Assembly: GCA_017499595.2 (NCBI GenBank)
Contig: CM039003.1
Location: 868,001-932,000, forward strand
Source: Psilocybe cubensis
Lineage: Eukaryota
DNA length: 64,000 nt
Direction of reading: 5' to 3'
In this document: piece after piece, positions 1 to 13,600 of the stretch
Numbering within the stretch: position 1 is the stretch's first letter
Layout: the number at the start of each line of letters is the position of its first letter
Made by a program: the position numbers and the translations under genes
Notes under the pieces: generated by a model
Told to the model about the DNA's origin: nothing
Seen by the model: the letters and a program-made list of their open reading frames with translations, nothing else
The model's database searches: none

Positions 1-112
1 GGAGCGCCGTCGCTGATATGGGGCCAAGTCGGTCGTTTGAAAGCCTGACAAAATACAGCTGTGACACAAATGTAGACAGATCATATAGAGGTACACGATA
101 TCGAAGATCCAT
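1..112 (-). CDS. 5' end of a gene running off the left edge (MDLRY|RFQTTDLAPYQRRRS), product unknown
   Basis: ATG at 112, GTGTAC donor, ~50-nt intron ending TTTTGTCAG, frame stays open to the window edge. Confidence 0.35.
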   Translation of the reverse strand, partial: MDLRYRVPLYDLSTFVSQLYFVRLSNDRLGPISATAL

Positions 113-746
113 TGCAAGTGGCTGAAGTCTGAAGCAAATTGAATTCCAGTAGAGAAACAAGAGAAGGATGGTCCGTCGAAGCTCGAATTCTGAATAGACA
201 AGATGCGACGTGGAGAGCCTTGGAAGAGGCGGAGTTAGGCCGATGCTTGGGTGGGTGGGAAAAGTGAAACTCGCGTCACGTGCAAGACACGATGGGCGAG
301 ATGACAGATAGGGGCCACCCCGAAAGGCGGCTAGGTTCCAGGCAAGTTCCAGGGCCAAAATCCATTTGTACTTCGTGAATTAGACCTAGTATGCCATACT
401 TAAGAGGGAGATCTCTCCGTTAGTTATGGCTCAAGTAGGTTGACAATTTACGATTCGATTACTTAGCATGTCATATGGCAATTGCAAGCAGTATGAACAA
501 GGAAATCAAGACCGAAAAAAATTTATGAGGTGGGTGAGGGTAGATACATTGAGTGAAAGGATATTGTAATCAAACTAATGTAGGATGTAAGCTAGTCGAA
601 GGTGTCGAAAATATGATACAAGATCCAAAGACAGTATTACCAGTACATGACGAGTGACGATACACAAAGAAAATAAAAAAAGAAATAAAGTCAGTTCTGT
701 ATAGTAAGTATACCACAAAAAAACGTAGAGATAAAATATCTCTCCC

Positions 747-2171
747 TCACTGGAACGTCCTGCCAATACCTCCGCAAACAGGACATGTTATTCTATCCAG
801 AAGCATGAAACTCGTGTTGCCCTTCCCGTCGCACCTCCAACACAGCCTCCCTCCAATCCTTGGGTCTCCCGCAGAATATACAACAGCTCCAGACCCATTC
901 GGGGGTCTAGGGATGCCTGCCCCAAGCCTAGTCTGCCATGGGTGAACACCAGTCGGCGGTGTCGTGAATCCACCGTGGTGATTGGTCATATACCCACCGG
1001 GAGCGAAGTGTGCAGGCGGCGCGTTAAACGATATGGCTGGTGGAATCGGAGGCGGTTTGGGCGGCGGTGGGTGAGGCAAAGGACGTTGGAGGTTCTGCGC
1101 AGCTGTATTGGGGGAAGTGGGAGAAGGAGGCGAAAAGGAGTAAACGAGCGGCCCGGTAAATGGTTTTGCGTATTTAGACCAGCATTTCTTGCATGGGCGC
1201 AGTGGGTCGGCGTCTTTATATCCTATGTTATGGCCTGTTACAAATGAGTAAATGGAACAACAAGTGAAGATTAGTATATCTATTTATCAATATACATCGC
1301 GCCGAGGACGGCTTGGCGGTGCAAGAGGAGCTGCGGACGCACATTTTGGGCATTCGAAGCCTTTGGGATACACGAGCAATTTCCCATCCTTTAGCAATGG
1401 GTGTCCGATCGAAGGATGATTTGTGGGTCGACCATCATTTGGCGTAGATGATGCAGCAGAAGATGTGGACGCTGTGCTGATATTACTTGGACGCTGTGGT
1501 AGGTTCTGAGGTGGAGACCCGGGTGGCGGCATGTACGTTCCAGTTGCATTCGCATTAACACTTGATTCATCAACAGCGCCTGCGGCGTAGAAATCACGCG
1601 CAAACTCGGACGACCGTCGAGATATAGTGGAAGAAGGGTGCAAGGGTGGTGGCCCTCCAGGCGGTCGATAGCTCTGAGCTGACTGAGATGGTGCTGGTGG
1701 AGCCAATGAATGTTGTTGCTGCGGCTGTCGGCCAGGGTAAGACGCCCATGATTGCTGCGATACAGGACGAGGAGGAGGAGGAGGTGTATTGAGACTGTTC
1801 ATGGCAGCGTTGACAGAGTTGGTGAGTGAGGTTGTAAGTTGATGTAGAACAGATCCGGCAGAGCGATTCACTGAAGACGCAGATGTCGAGAAAGACGAGG
1901 TGCCCGTTGCCTGAGGTGTCAGATATGGCCTTTGTTGTGCTGGTGGCCTAGGAGCCGGTTGGAAAGGTCTTGAAGGACCTTGTTCTAATGTTGTTTCTCC
2001 AGAGTACACCGAGGGACTAGCGGTATACGGCGGTGGTTCTTCGAGGTCATTAGCATCGAGAGCATTGTCTGATGGTCTGTGAGGTGCTGTAGATGCTGCT
2101 GGGGGCGACACTCCTCCGTTGAAACTCGGTGGAGGAGAGGGATAACTCTGGGGAGTAGCGGTGGACGCCAT
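747..2171 (-). CDS. Proline-rich HUA1-like protein with CxxC zinc-binding motifs
   Basis: Two exons (2171-1343, 1234-747), intron 1342-1235. Spliced product reads LLVYPKGFECPKCHNIGYK...PCKKCW and GDPRIGGRLCWRCDGKG...CPVCGGIGR; has a PPPY motif. Confidence 0.8.
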
Positions 2172-2319
2172 GGACGGAGTGCAAGCAGATGAGATTTGGG
2201 AGCAAGATATTGGCTGGTCTCAGCCGTAAATAGCTCCTATTTGGCTCCGACCCCGGAACTAAACTGCGGCTTTGCACAGCTCTCTCAACTCCGAATCTTC
2301 TTGATTTACTCTGACGACG

Positions 2320-4086
2320 ATGCCCGACCCCAAGGCCATAGCCTTCAAAGAAAAGGTATTATAACAGATATTGACTAATGAACGGTGTATGCTAATATAT
2401 GTTCTAGGGAAATGCTTCATTTAAAGCAGGAGATTATCCCAGTGCAATTGGGCACTACACATCCGCAATCCTCGCTGACCGAACCGATTTAACATTTCCT
2501 CTGAATCGTGCCGCCGCGTATCTCAAGCTAGGCAAGTACGTCCCCGTCTTTATACATCATTTTTTCAAACATATCGCGCTATTTGAATGTCCATCTTTGC
2601 CTGGCACACCACTGATATTCACGCGTCTCATTTACAGATTTGAAGACACCGAACGAGATTGCAATACCGTATTGACCCTTTCTGCCCCAAAAACCAATGT
2701 CAAAGCTCTCTTTAGAAGAGGACAAGCTCGTGTCGGAATGGGAAACTTGCTGGAGGCGCAGAAAGGTGCATACCTTCTAATGGTAGTCGACCTGATCTTC
2801 TGACACCTTGCTCTTTTTGCAAGATTTCTCTGATGTTCTCTTGCAAGAACCCTCAAATGCATCTGCTGCAGAAGAGCTCAAAAATCTTGCTGTTTTGATT
2901 CAAAAAGAAAAGGCAAAGGTAGGGCGAGTTTTCCTTCGGCCTCAAGCGTCATTCAAAGTTTTGTCTTTCATGCGCTGTAGAAATCGAAATCTAATGCCCC
3001 CGTGTCCGTCCCCACGTCTTCAACACCAGCATCAAATGGTACACCAGTGAAACGGCGCCGTGTACCCATTCGCATCGTGGGTGATACCGCTGATATCAAA
3101 CCTAGTGTAACATCCGCGACCGCGACGCCATCGACTTCTTCAAAAGTTGCTTCTACTTCAACCGCCACTACTACCCCCATTTCTGACCCCACAACTTCCA
3201 AAATCCCGCCATCCGAGAGCAAGACTATAAAGACTTCATCCAATGGAACAACTGATACACTCCAAGCGGTGTCATCACGTTCTCTAAAATCACCACAACC
3301 ACCAGCTCCATCGACCACATCAGCTACACCAGGATCTCCGCCGCCAGCGCCTACAACCCAACCACAACCCCAACCCGTCAAACCTAAACCCGACTCGTTC
3401 AAAGACGCTAAACTCGCGCGCGACTCCAAGAACGCGACCTCGAACACCAAGCCACCGACAGCAAGAGTCGGAGGGGGTATATTCCGCGCGTCAGGCGAGA
3501 ATACAATTTTCCCTACGCGCGGCAATGCCCCGACGCCTAATACATCTAGTGCACCAAAGGATGTGCAGATGGATACGACGCCTCCTCCTCCAGTGGCTAC
3601 GCCTACGCCCGTAGCTCCCCCAGCGCCCATGGTGGTATCATCCCCACCACCAAAACCTCCATCTACATTATTTGAATTCTCCAAAGCGTGGTATGGGATC
3701 AAGGATCCTTGGGAACGATGGGCATTAATGAACGTGAGTTTTTACAAGCCTAATCCAGCTTACTTTACATTCTCATTTTTGGAAATATGTACTTTACAAC
3801 CTCAATGTCACAGACCATCCCCCCTTCCTCCCTCCCAGAACTCTGCAAAACATCCCTCGAGCCCTCGCTTCTCGTGTCTATCCTCGACGTCTTCCTCACC
3901 GTCCTCGGCACCTCTAACAACCTCCATAAACAGACTATCCATGCGTACATGGACAACATGACGCGCATCCCGCGATTCAGCACCGTCGTGCTGTTCTTGA
4001 GCAAGCCGGAGAAGGAGGTCGCGAGAGAAGTTTGGAAAGCATTGGGTGTCGATCGGCCTGAGGGCGTGTGGAAAGGTGTTGTGTAG
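2320..4086 (+). CDS. TPR co-chaperone, RPAP3/Tah1/SPAG1-like, with a Pro/Thr-rich linker and RPAP3_C-like C-terminus
   Basis: Spliced exons give KEKGNASFKAGDYPSAIGHYT, LNRAAAYLKLGK, KALFRRGQAR (carboxylate-clamp TPR) and C-terminal FEFSKAW, SLEPSLL, PRFSTVVLFLS. Confidence 0.8.
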
Positions 4087-4589
4087 ATGCCACTGCCCAT
4101 CTTTTTTGGCCTTTTGTTCGCTGACAGGCACGATCTAACTATTCAATTGGTGTGGCCAGGGTACAAAGCTAGTTAAGAGTTAACCTATCTTAGGCAAGAT
4201 TTAATGGAATTGAAGCAAATGACAAATCCGACGAAGGAACGAGGCGTGGCGATGATCACCATCTTGCCACAACATGCAATTTGAATCGACATCTCAGCAT
4301 ACGCGTACCATGTCATGCAGAGGGCTTTTCATAACAGGTCACGCTCGCAGGGTAGCTGTCCATGCAGCTTCATTCATCATCACATCGTGAGTGACATGAC
4401 ATACTGAAGTATGAAGTTTGAGCAGCGACTTGAAACTCTACTATTATATAAGAAGCGTCGCGTGAGCAAAGTGTCATGAAAAGATTGACAAGTATTAGAG
4501 CATTTCTTCCTCCAGCCGACCGAATGTCGAATGAATTGAAACGATTAATATGGAATCGAAGCTCCGCTTCCAGTGTCCACTACACTGTT

Positions 4590-7400
4590 TCAGGCCTTCT
4601 TCTGGTTGAGGAGGGCATGAGTTAAGAAGAAACTCTTCGGAATCGCAGATACACCACGGGCATATATCTGATTGGTATACATCTGGAATATGAAAATTAG
4701 ACAAATTCCTTCAAACGGGACATTGCTAGACATTGGCCACTCACTAAATCATCGTAAATGATAGCTGGTACTTTTTTGTCGGCCAATGTGGAACCGGGGT
4801 GAACCTTGACAATCTACAAACAAAAAGCAAGTTAATTAACGGAACGCAGCTAAAGGACAGAAAACCATACAGTTTGCCCCATGGTTTGCTTATAGGTCCC
4901 ATCAGGCTGAAGGAGTGCAGAGTTCCCAGCCAAACCATGTCCCAAGCTTCTAATCACAGGTTCATCATTGTCTTTCGCCGACGCGTTTACATCGATCCCG
5001 ATCTTGGTACACGTCACCACGAGCTGCTCGCGGATATCCCTCGCCTCCAGGAACGTCCGCTCGTTCAAAAAGTGCTTTCGGCACCACTCCCTCCTCGCGT
5101 GCTTGTTCTCCGCTGCGGCAATTTCACGGTATGCACGGACAGCGTTCAGGACTGTGAGGTGGTCGCCGCTGGAATGCTTGAACTTTCGCCGTGTCTCGGT
5201 GACTGCGTCTCGCTGGTCGCTGATGTCGACGAATAGTTTTGATGATGCGGATAAGATGGAGACGATGTCGAGCACTTCAGAGGTGCAGCCGTATTCCTTC
5301 GATGCCACAACGGCGCATGCGTACTGTGGCTCCAGGGGGAACAGGGCCATCTGGCGGCCGGCTGCCGTCAGCTTTTGATTATTGTCAATGGCCCCGAGCA
5401 GCCATAGTGTTTTGAGGGCAGAGGAAACTAAGTAAAGAGTCAGCGACTTAAAACAGCAATTACAATAGGAAAGAGGTTACTTGTTTCGAGATCAGGTTTA
5501 TCCATGAGATCGAGCTCTTCCAGATTCTGCCCTAGGCACTTCAAGTTGAGAATACTTGCAGTGAGACTGCAACGCAAGATTTCAGGTTCTCCTGCGACAG
5601 CCATGTTGTTGAATGCGTCTTCTGTGTACAGTCGGAAACATACTCCGGCGCCCTATGCGCATAAATGTGGTTAATACCACACGAGATTCAAATTTTATGC
5701 AACATTTACCTCGCGACCAGCGCGACCCGCCCGTTGCATCGCAGATGACTTGGTAATATCTCTCGTTAACAGGGTATCAAAACCTAGCCAGAGCGGTCAG
5801 AACAAGCAAAGACAACGGAAGCGCGGAAATAGCACATACCACCACCAGCTGTTCGTGCAAGGTATTGCTTTTCTTTACATTTTCCAGTGTCAATAACATA
5901 TTTGATGCCAGGAATAGTAATAGAGGTTTCTGCTATGTTCGTAGCTAGAATACATTTACGGGTATTTGGTGGTGTCGGTGCAAAGGCTTTATTATTTTGA
6001 GAATGTTCTTGAGCAGCAAACATTGTACATGTTAAAACCTGTCAAATACTTAGTTTATTGGAATATATTGCAGAAGCGAATTTGACAGCCTACCTCGGGT
6101 TTGTCTCTAGGAAGCTGTCTGGCGTAAAGCTCTATTGACTTTTGGAGACTCTCGATATCTTCTTGTCCAGGCAAGAATATGAGAACATCTCCTGGGGGTT
6201 GATCGGTATGTATTTGGAAGAATGTCCGCATAGCAGCGTCAGTGTAATCAAGCTGACTCTCCGCTGAGTGGTAGATTTTGACGGGATGCTGTCGACCCTT
6301 AACGTAGAGAATTTTTGCACTAAAAACAATTATTAGCGGGTCGTAGATTGGTGTCGATGAAGAACCTACTTGTGGTAGAACCTACTGAACTTCTCTGCGT
6401 CTAGAGTAGCACTCATGATGACTATTTTCAAGGGATTTGAGGCATCCGCATTGCCCTTCCCTTTAGCATCACTCTTGGGATTCCTTTTCGCCTGTATTGT
6501 CTTGAGATTCGCAATGAGCAGATCTGTTCGTAGGGTTCTTTCGTGGGCCTCATCGACAATGACGACACTGTAGTGGCTGAGGAGAGGGTCTGACATGAGT
6601 TCTCGAACGATCATTCCGTCCGTGAGATACTTGATCCTCGTCTCGGTTGAGGATTTCTCGTCAAATCGAACCGCGTATCCAACAAGGTCACCCAGGGACA
6701 CATTTTGTTCGACGGCCACCCGCTGAGCCAACGAGGTCGCAGCTACTTTGCGGGGTTGTGTTACTGCGATCATGCCATTTCGGGCAAGACCACTTTCGAG
6801 GATATACTGTGGCACCTCTATCAAGGTTTAGATAAAGCAGGCACGGGGAATACTGGAAATACATACGGGTAGTCTTCCCAGAGCCTGTCTCTCCCAAAAG
6901 AATAGTAACATCGTTTTTTCTGATTTCTTCAATCAGAGCTTCCCTTCCTATATGCTAGTTTGAGAGCTAGTAATAGATTACGGGCAACGAGACATACCTT
7001 TAGCGATAGGAAGTTGTGCACGTTGCTCCTGTACAGCTTTGAATTTAGCTGAGTGCGGAGTACTTGGTCCAGAGCCGTTTACATGCGGTCGCTTCGACTG
7101 ACTTGAGCTAGGGCCATGTGCAGAATCTTTCGATTGCGGTGTGTCGCCGTTATGGACAGAACTGCGACGTTTCTTGTTCTTGTGTCCATTTTGACCGCCT
7201 CTAGATTGGTCTGAGCTTCCATTCACGATGGAGTTTTTCCGCTTAACACCATTCCCTTTGGTCTTATCTTTGTCGTCGTCGCTCACGTCGGGCCAGGGGA
7301 TAGATTTCGCCCGTTTATGATTCTTTTCGGTCTTTAAACCATAATAAGATGGGTCCCTCATCTTCTGGATGGTTTTAGTGGATATTGTTGCAGTTGGCAT
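4590..7400 (-). CDS. DEAH-box RNA helicase, Dhr2/DHX33-like
   Basis: [47 protein letters not shown]2 region and GDHLT; multi-exon, last exon ends ...LLNQKKA*. Confidence 0.9.
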
Positions 7401-7655
7401 TATACCAACTAGCTAAAAGTAACTTTATGGCAGACGAGACGAGAAATTAAGCAAAAACAAGATAAGGAGCGTTGGGCTTTGGGGCATGAGAGACTGCAAA
7501 TTAGACTTGTCCAGGAAAAAATCGAAGTTGCCGAGCGTTGTGACAGCACGTGTCCGTGACCTCCTATCCGCGTCACGCGAGTCGCGAGTAAATTGGGTGT
7601 CTTCAGTAATTTGCCGAACACCACTTGGTTCGTGTTCACGACATCCGTCCTCGAC

Positions 7656-10600
7656 ATGAGCAACAACCAACCCTGGTATCCCCAGGATGACTACCAATAT
7701 ACGCAACCAAATGGCCGCCAGCGTCTGCCAGATCAGCGCTCTTCCAGTTTCCAAAACGCGGCCCCGGATGCAGTTCACACTGGTCAGAGACTTTTGGCCG
7801 TATATCCACCGGCGTCCGCAACGCCTACACATCACGGTATGAACAGACGTGCCACATAACTGGTTTTTCATGTTTAAAATTTTGACTAGTGTCAAGACAT
7901 ATCAGCAACATGACATTGACGAATGCCCCTACATTTCCCCAGCCCAACCTCTATAACAATTACAACACAAACTATCCGCCATCGAACCCGGCTCCATATT
8001 CAGACTATGACCAGCAGTTACGGTATCTGTCGTCTTCGCAGATGATGGTCGATGATTCTGGTTATTGGGATCACAATCGAAATGAGGCTGTTCGCATGTT
8101 GAATGGACAAACTGCTTCGTACGTGTTTTATTCGCGCATACATTCCAATCGCATCTTATGTTTTTCAAGCTCGTATAATGCTCACTACACGGATAATACG
8201 CAATGGACTACACAGAATCCTCCCTCCTCATTTCAGACCACGCCTTTCGCACAATCTGTCTTCCAACGTACTACTCCCAGCACCGCCTACCCGACGCCTC
8301 CGCCCCCACCCATCAATCCTGCATCATCTTCTCTGGCGTACGCGCTAGGTGTTCCTCCAGTACAATCTCATCCACAGGCGCAGACGCAGACGCATATAAC
8401 CCCACCACAGCCCAAAGTATATCAAGCCACGGAGTCACATGCATTTTACGAGGACTTTCTCGAGCGCAAAGCCTTGCAAGCCAATCCGCCACTGACTAAC
8501 CAAGCCAATCCGCCACAGATTATCCAAGCCAATCCGCCACAGACTATGATAGCCCCCGTTCCTCGTCAAGAACAAATCCGACCGTCTACTCCTCCACCTT
8601 CGAAGCCTTTAGTTCCTGACTCCAGTCCAGATCCTCTTTCCCTGCAGTACAGCGTTTCTCCCAAGGCAATGACAGCTTCGGTGACCCCCATGAAGCGTAA
8701 ACCAATTGTTTTGATAGAATCTCCCTCTATTAAACGTCTACAAGCATTAAAAGAGTCCAACCACACTTCCAGCCAGCCGAAGACTCCTCAAGCGCCAAGG
8801 ACATCAGCCCCTCCTACCCCGAGCTCGAGGGCCAGTTCTTTTTCTAATATGTCAACCACGTCCTCAAACAACGTAACTCCAACGCACAAGCGCATTGTAA
8901 ATTTGGCATATGTAGCTGTTCCTCCAAGTCCCTGGCTAACCCCAACGTCTTCTCGCAAACCTTCTGTTAAAACCGACTCTGTCAGGAGTAAAGTAACATT
9001 TGGTGATACCCCAGATCTGGGTGGATACGGATCGGAAGACGATGGGCCGTCTAGTCCTACAAAAAGATTTCTTAATGACTCTGTAAAGAGTTCCGCGCGT
9101 CGCACTGGAGACCGTGATGAGCGAGGTGAGAATCAAATTTTCTGGACGTCCACGAGGCTAACATTCATGTCTATAAATGTACAGGACCACTTGAGAAGTT
9201 TACGTCTCTTATTGAGGATGTTTTTGAGGCTGAAGACACCTTGCCCTCGGAGCTTGAGGCTTCGGATCTCAACCACGAATTCTTTTCACAACTGTCAAAC
9301 GATTGCACCCGACCTTGCTTGTCGTCGTCTATCATTCGCAAGTTGACGAAGTACATTGGTCATGTTGCACGGCCAACGAAAAGGCTCCGTCAAGCCGCTA
9401 ACGGTGTATTGGGGACCCCTCGAGGCAAGGGTCGTATGACAGACGTGGACACACAGATACTTTCTCGTTTACTGAAGATACTTGAACGCAGTGTCAAGGC
9501 AGGTGAAGACATCGATCCTTTTGCTTATCGCGCACCACCAGTGTCAGCGAAATCTTCTCCTAAGAAACAGAGTACTAAGAAGGTATCCAAACCCAAGAAA
9601 AACGAGAGGGCTTCAAGATCGCTCACACCTAAAGGTGCTGATGAGGAAGAAGATGTTGTTATGGAAGACCCAAAAGCGACTCCGGCTATTGAGCTCTCAG
9701 AGGACGATTTCGACAAGCTTACGAATTTGTTGGAAATTGCGAGAGACAGTATTCTTGCCGCTGACTGTTGTATAGCACTGCTGGGAAGTGACAGGCTCAC
9801 TAAGCAGGTAAGATCATATTTCAACCTCTTCAAGGATTCCCAATTTAATCAATTTTATAGCTTTACTCGGAAGAGTTAATTACCGCCTGCCTTAACACGA
9901 TCAAGAATCAACTCACCAAAATTCTTTACGCATTTGTGGAGGCGTCAGCCGAAAGCGGCCCTTCCCTGAATTCGAACCCATTGCTCATGAACATTGTCAA
10001 GAATACCACATCTAGTGCCTCTAGTCACCGTCGCCAATTAGGTGAATTGTTCCAAGCTCTTTCAGCCGTCATTCCACGGATCAACAACCTCATCAACACC
10101 GAAACTGTGGCCATGTCCGACTCAATTATAATCCAGGCCGTGTATATCGCCATTGGACCCTTCTTCGTTGTCGATGTGGGTGGCGAAGCGGATGCTAAGG
10201 GTAAGAAGGAGAACGTGATCATCAAAACGTTGGGGAAAAGTGCGATGAGAGGTTTGAGGTTGGATGCACTTGCCCTGATTCGAAGCGTGAGTTCATTTTC
10301 GGCTTGAATTCGCTGTAGATTTGTAAATATGTGAACAGATCTTTGCGAACCATGAAGACCAGCGTTCATGGATCATTGAAGAAATTCTGACTTCCCTGAT
10401 CAAACTCAACGACACTAAACAGAAGGCTGGCCAATTTAGGTACGTTCTATGTATCATTCTTTGCACTTTTTTGTCTGATTTGAATATTGTAAGATTGAGA
10501 GATGGCAGGGCCATTCGAACGGTATCCGCTTTGTTGATGCAGCTAGTACAGACCTCTGCCCACGATGTCCGCATCGAGGCCAAAAAGATCAACAAGTCCC

Positions 10601-13600
10601 GTCAGAATAAATTTGCACTACGGCGTCAAGAGAGTTTTTCTGAAAGCCAGCAGCCACCGGATGAACCTTTCCTCGACGAAATTGATCAAGAGGTTTGTTT
10701 TATGTTGATGTTTCTTGGGATAAATTTTGAACACCATGTCCAGGAACTCCGATTGTATGGCTCCGGGTTAGATTCTGCTACCAAGGCTGCTAAAACAATT
10801 ATTGTTTTCTTGACACAACGGTATGTGTAAATGTATATTCTGTTTTCGTTTTTGCTTCTAAACTTGACTTTAGATCTGGGAAAGGCAAAGCGACTAAAAA
10901 TTCCAACGAAGCTGAATACCGCGCTATTTTTGACAACTTGATCGACGATCTTCTGGTTGTGCTTTTCTGGCCAGAGTGGCCGGCCGCAAGTATCATTCTC
11001 AGTATTGCCTCCAAATTTATGGTGCGTCGTGTCTCGAGACTGTTCCCTTTTTATTTTCACAACTTATCTGACAAATGGCTTGGCTGTATAGGTCTCGTCT
11101 CTCGATGATGTTAAGACAAGTTCTCAGACCGACAGTAATGCTGCGAAGACCATGGCGCTTGATCATCTCGGAGTCATTGCGGCTCGTATACGTACCAGCA
11201 TCTTGAAGGTTCAACGCGAGCCACCGTCAAAAAAGCCTCTCAAGCCCCTTGATGAAGTATGTCTTCAAATTTCTTGGGCGTATATGCGCATTATTTTAAC
11301 TCTTGGCTTTCAGATTGTCTCGAATGTCGACCTCAAAAACTTGAATAGATTTTTGGAAGCGCATAAATCTGTTGCTTCGCATGTGTGCAAGAGATCTTCA
11401 GAGGACCAGGCATACGATGTGAGTTTTATCAGCATATATCTACAGAGTGTTTGAACGCTAATTGCTTTGCCTTCTCATCTTTCAGAGTGCACGAGAGCTA
11501 AGCGCTGCTACCCTCGGACAAGAGTTAGCGGCTGCTCTAAAACAAGTACATCGATGGCTGGAGAGTCCTGGAGAAGACGATGATTTGAACATCAAGGATC
11601 ACAGCAAACTCGCAGCGTTTGGAGATAGACTGAAGCTTGCGTTGCGCGAAGTGTGGGTCGATCCTTCCAGTGACGTGTTCGATGTCGGGTACGTGGCCGT
11701 ATCTACATTTATTTGACAATTCGTTAAACTTGCTATGTTAATTAGGTCGGCAGAGGAAGTTCAACGCGTCGATAGCTTGTCGGAAGAAATTGGAACAATT
11801 CAAAGTCTTCGTAATTCTTTCAATCCCATTTTGAGTATCATAGTCATGGCTTTAGATGCACCTGCGATCTTCATGCGAACCAAGGCCCTTCGTGCTCTTG
11901 GGCAGATTGTTACAAGCGATGCATCCATTCTCGCCAATGTGAGCACATTGATTTTTTTGAAAAGCACATTCTCAACTCCAACTTGTCATTACAAGGCTAA
12001 TGTTCGTCGTGGTATCGAGAGCCATCTTCTGGACAGTTCACCCGCCGTCCGTGACGCTGCTGTTGAACTGATTGGGAAGTACATGATAGAATCTCCTGAA
12101 GTTGCAGGGGAATATTACCAGAAGATTGCTGATCGTATGGCGGTGGGTTCTTACTCTCTCTGGAACCTATTGCTGGAAACTGATGTGTTGCACAGGATAC
12201 TGGATTGAGTGTCAGGAAACGTGTCATTAAGCTTCTGAAGTCGTACTATCCTATTACTACCGATCAACGCCGCATTGAGATCGCGACGAGAATGGTCCTG
12301 CGTTTGATGGATGAGGACGACACGGTTAAAGATCTTGCTATCAAGACCATTGAAGAGCTGTGGTTCCCACCTACACCACTTCCTTCTGCTCTGAAATCGT
12401 CACGTACTGCGACAGCGCCGATCAACCCACGCGATAATAGCGCGCTTGAAAGTAAAGTCTCTGTGATCATGGGCACGTCTGCAAATTTCAAGGACCGTCA
12501 ATCTCCTTTGGAGGACGTGTTGCACAAAATCATGGTGGACAAGGAAGGGAATGAGAAAACCTCGCTTCATGCTCGTTATGCAGAAATTTGTGAATCTTTG
12601 ATTGATGGGTTGGTGGACGCGTCAGACCGTCCCGGTTTTGTACGTGCCTTTTTTGTTTTCAGTTACACAATCTGACCTTGTTTTTCATTATTTATTTAGA
12701 CCGTGATCAATTGCATCAGAACTGTATACCTCCTCACGTCCGCGTATCCCTCGATTTTGTCTGGCACTTCTGCTTCCACACTCCTTCCTTATCTCAAAAA
12801 TGCCACGACGGTAAGATATTACCTTCTAAAATAGCTTCTGTTAGGTGCTAAATTTCCTCTCTCCAGACTGAGGAATTGACAACATCTGACTATCTACTGA
12901 AAATATTCCGTGTCTCGATTCCTCGTATGCCCAAGACTGCAACCAAATTTGGTCATGAACTTCAAGCAGCATTGCAGCCGATGATCATCAAACCTTCTGG
13001 AGCTGGTGGAGTACAGGTTCGTCACTCCTCCTCGACTTAGCCTGCATGCAATTTTTCAAACGTTTATTTTTCTAGCTTCTGCAAGAAGCTGTTGGCTGCA
13101 TGTGTACCGTTGTGGAACACCTTACTCATGACTTTGTCAGATTAGTCAACCTCCTCAAGTCTTGCAATGGTATACACTACGTTTGGTACCTCGTTCGATT
13201 ATATTACTTACATTCAATGGACATCTAGCTCGTCTCTTGCAATCTGTTAGGCGGCCAGCCCAAGAATTAGGCCCAGCTGAACACCGTGCTATGGTTATTC
13301 TGATCTTGATTGTCGCTTTGCTGGCAGAGAATTGTAAATTTGATACGTTGCGCAAGGAGAACACAAGTTTGTATTTCCACTGTTCTTTTCTACCCTTTTG
13401 CTAACGTAATCGATAGACCTCGGTGCTGATCTCGATACAATATCCAAAGGGCCAATAACTGAACACATCTACAACATATTGCTTTCGTTGTACGAAAAAT
13501 ATGAAAGTGACTCTCTTCGTGGTCGTGTTTTGCAGTGCTTGGGTGTGTAGCATAATTTTTTACTTTTTTTTATCTAAAACCAATCTTCTATAGGTTTCTT

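Noticed and set aside
2968-3702. 244-aa Gly/Val-rich antisense ORF
   Set aside because: Shadow of the Pro/Thr-rich exon of the TPR gene.
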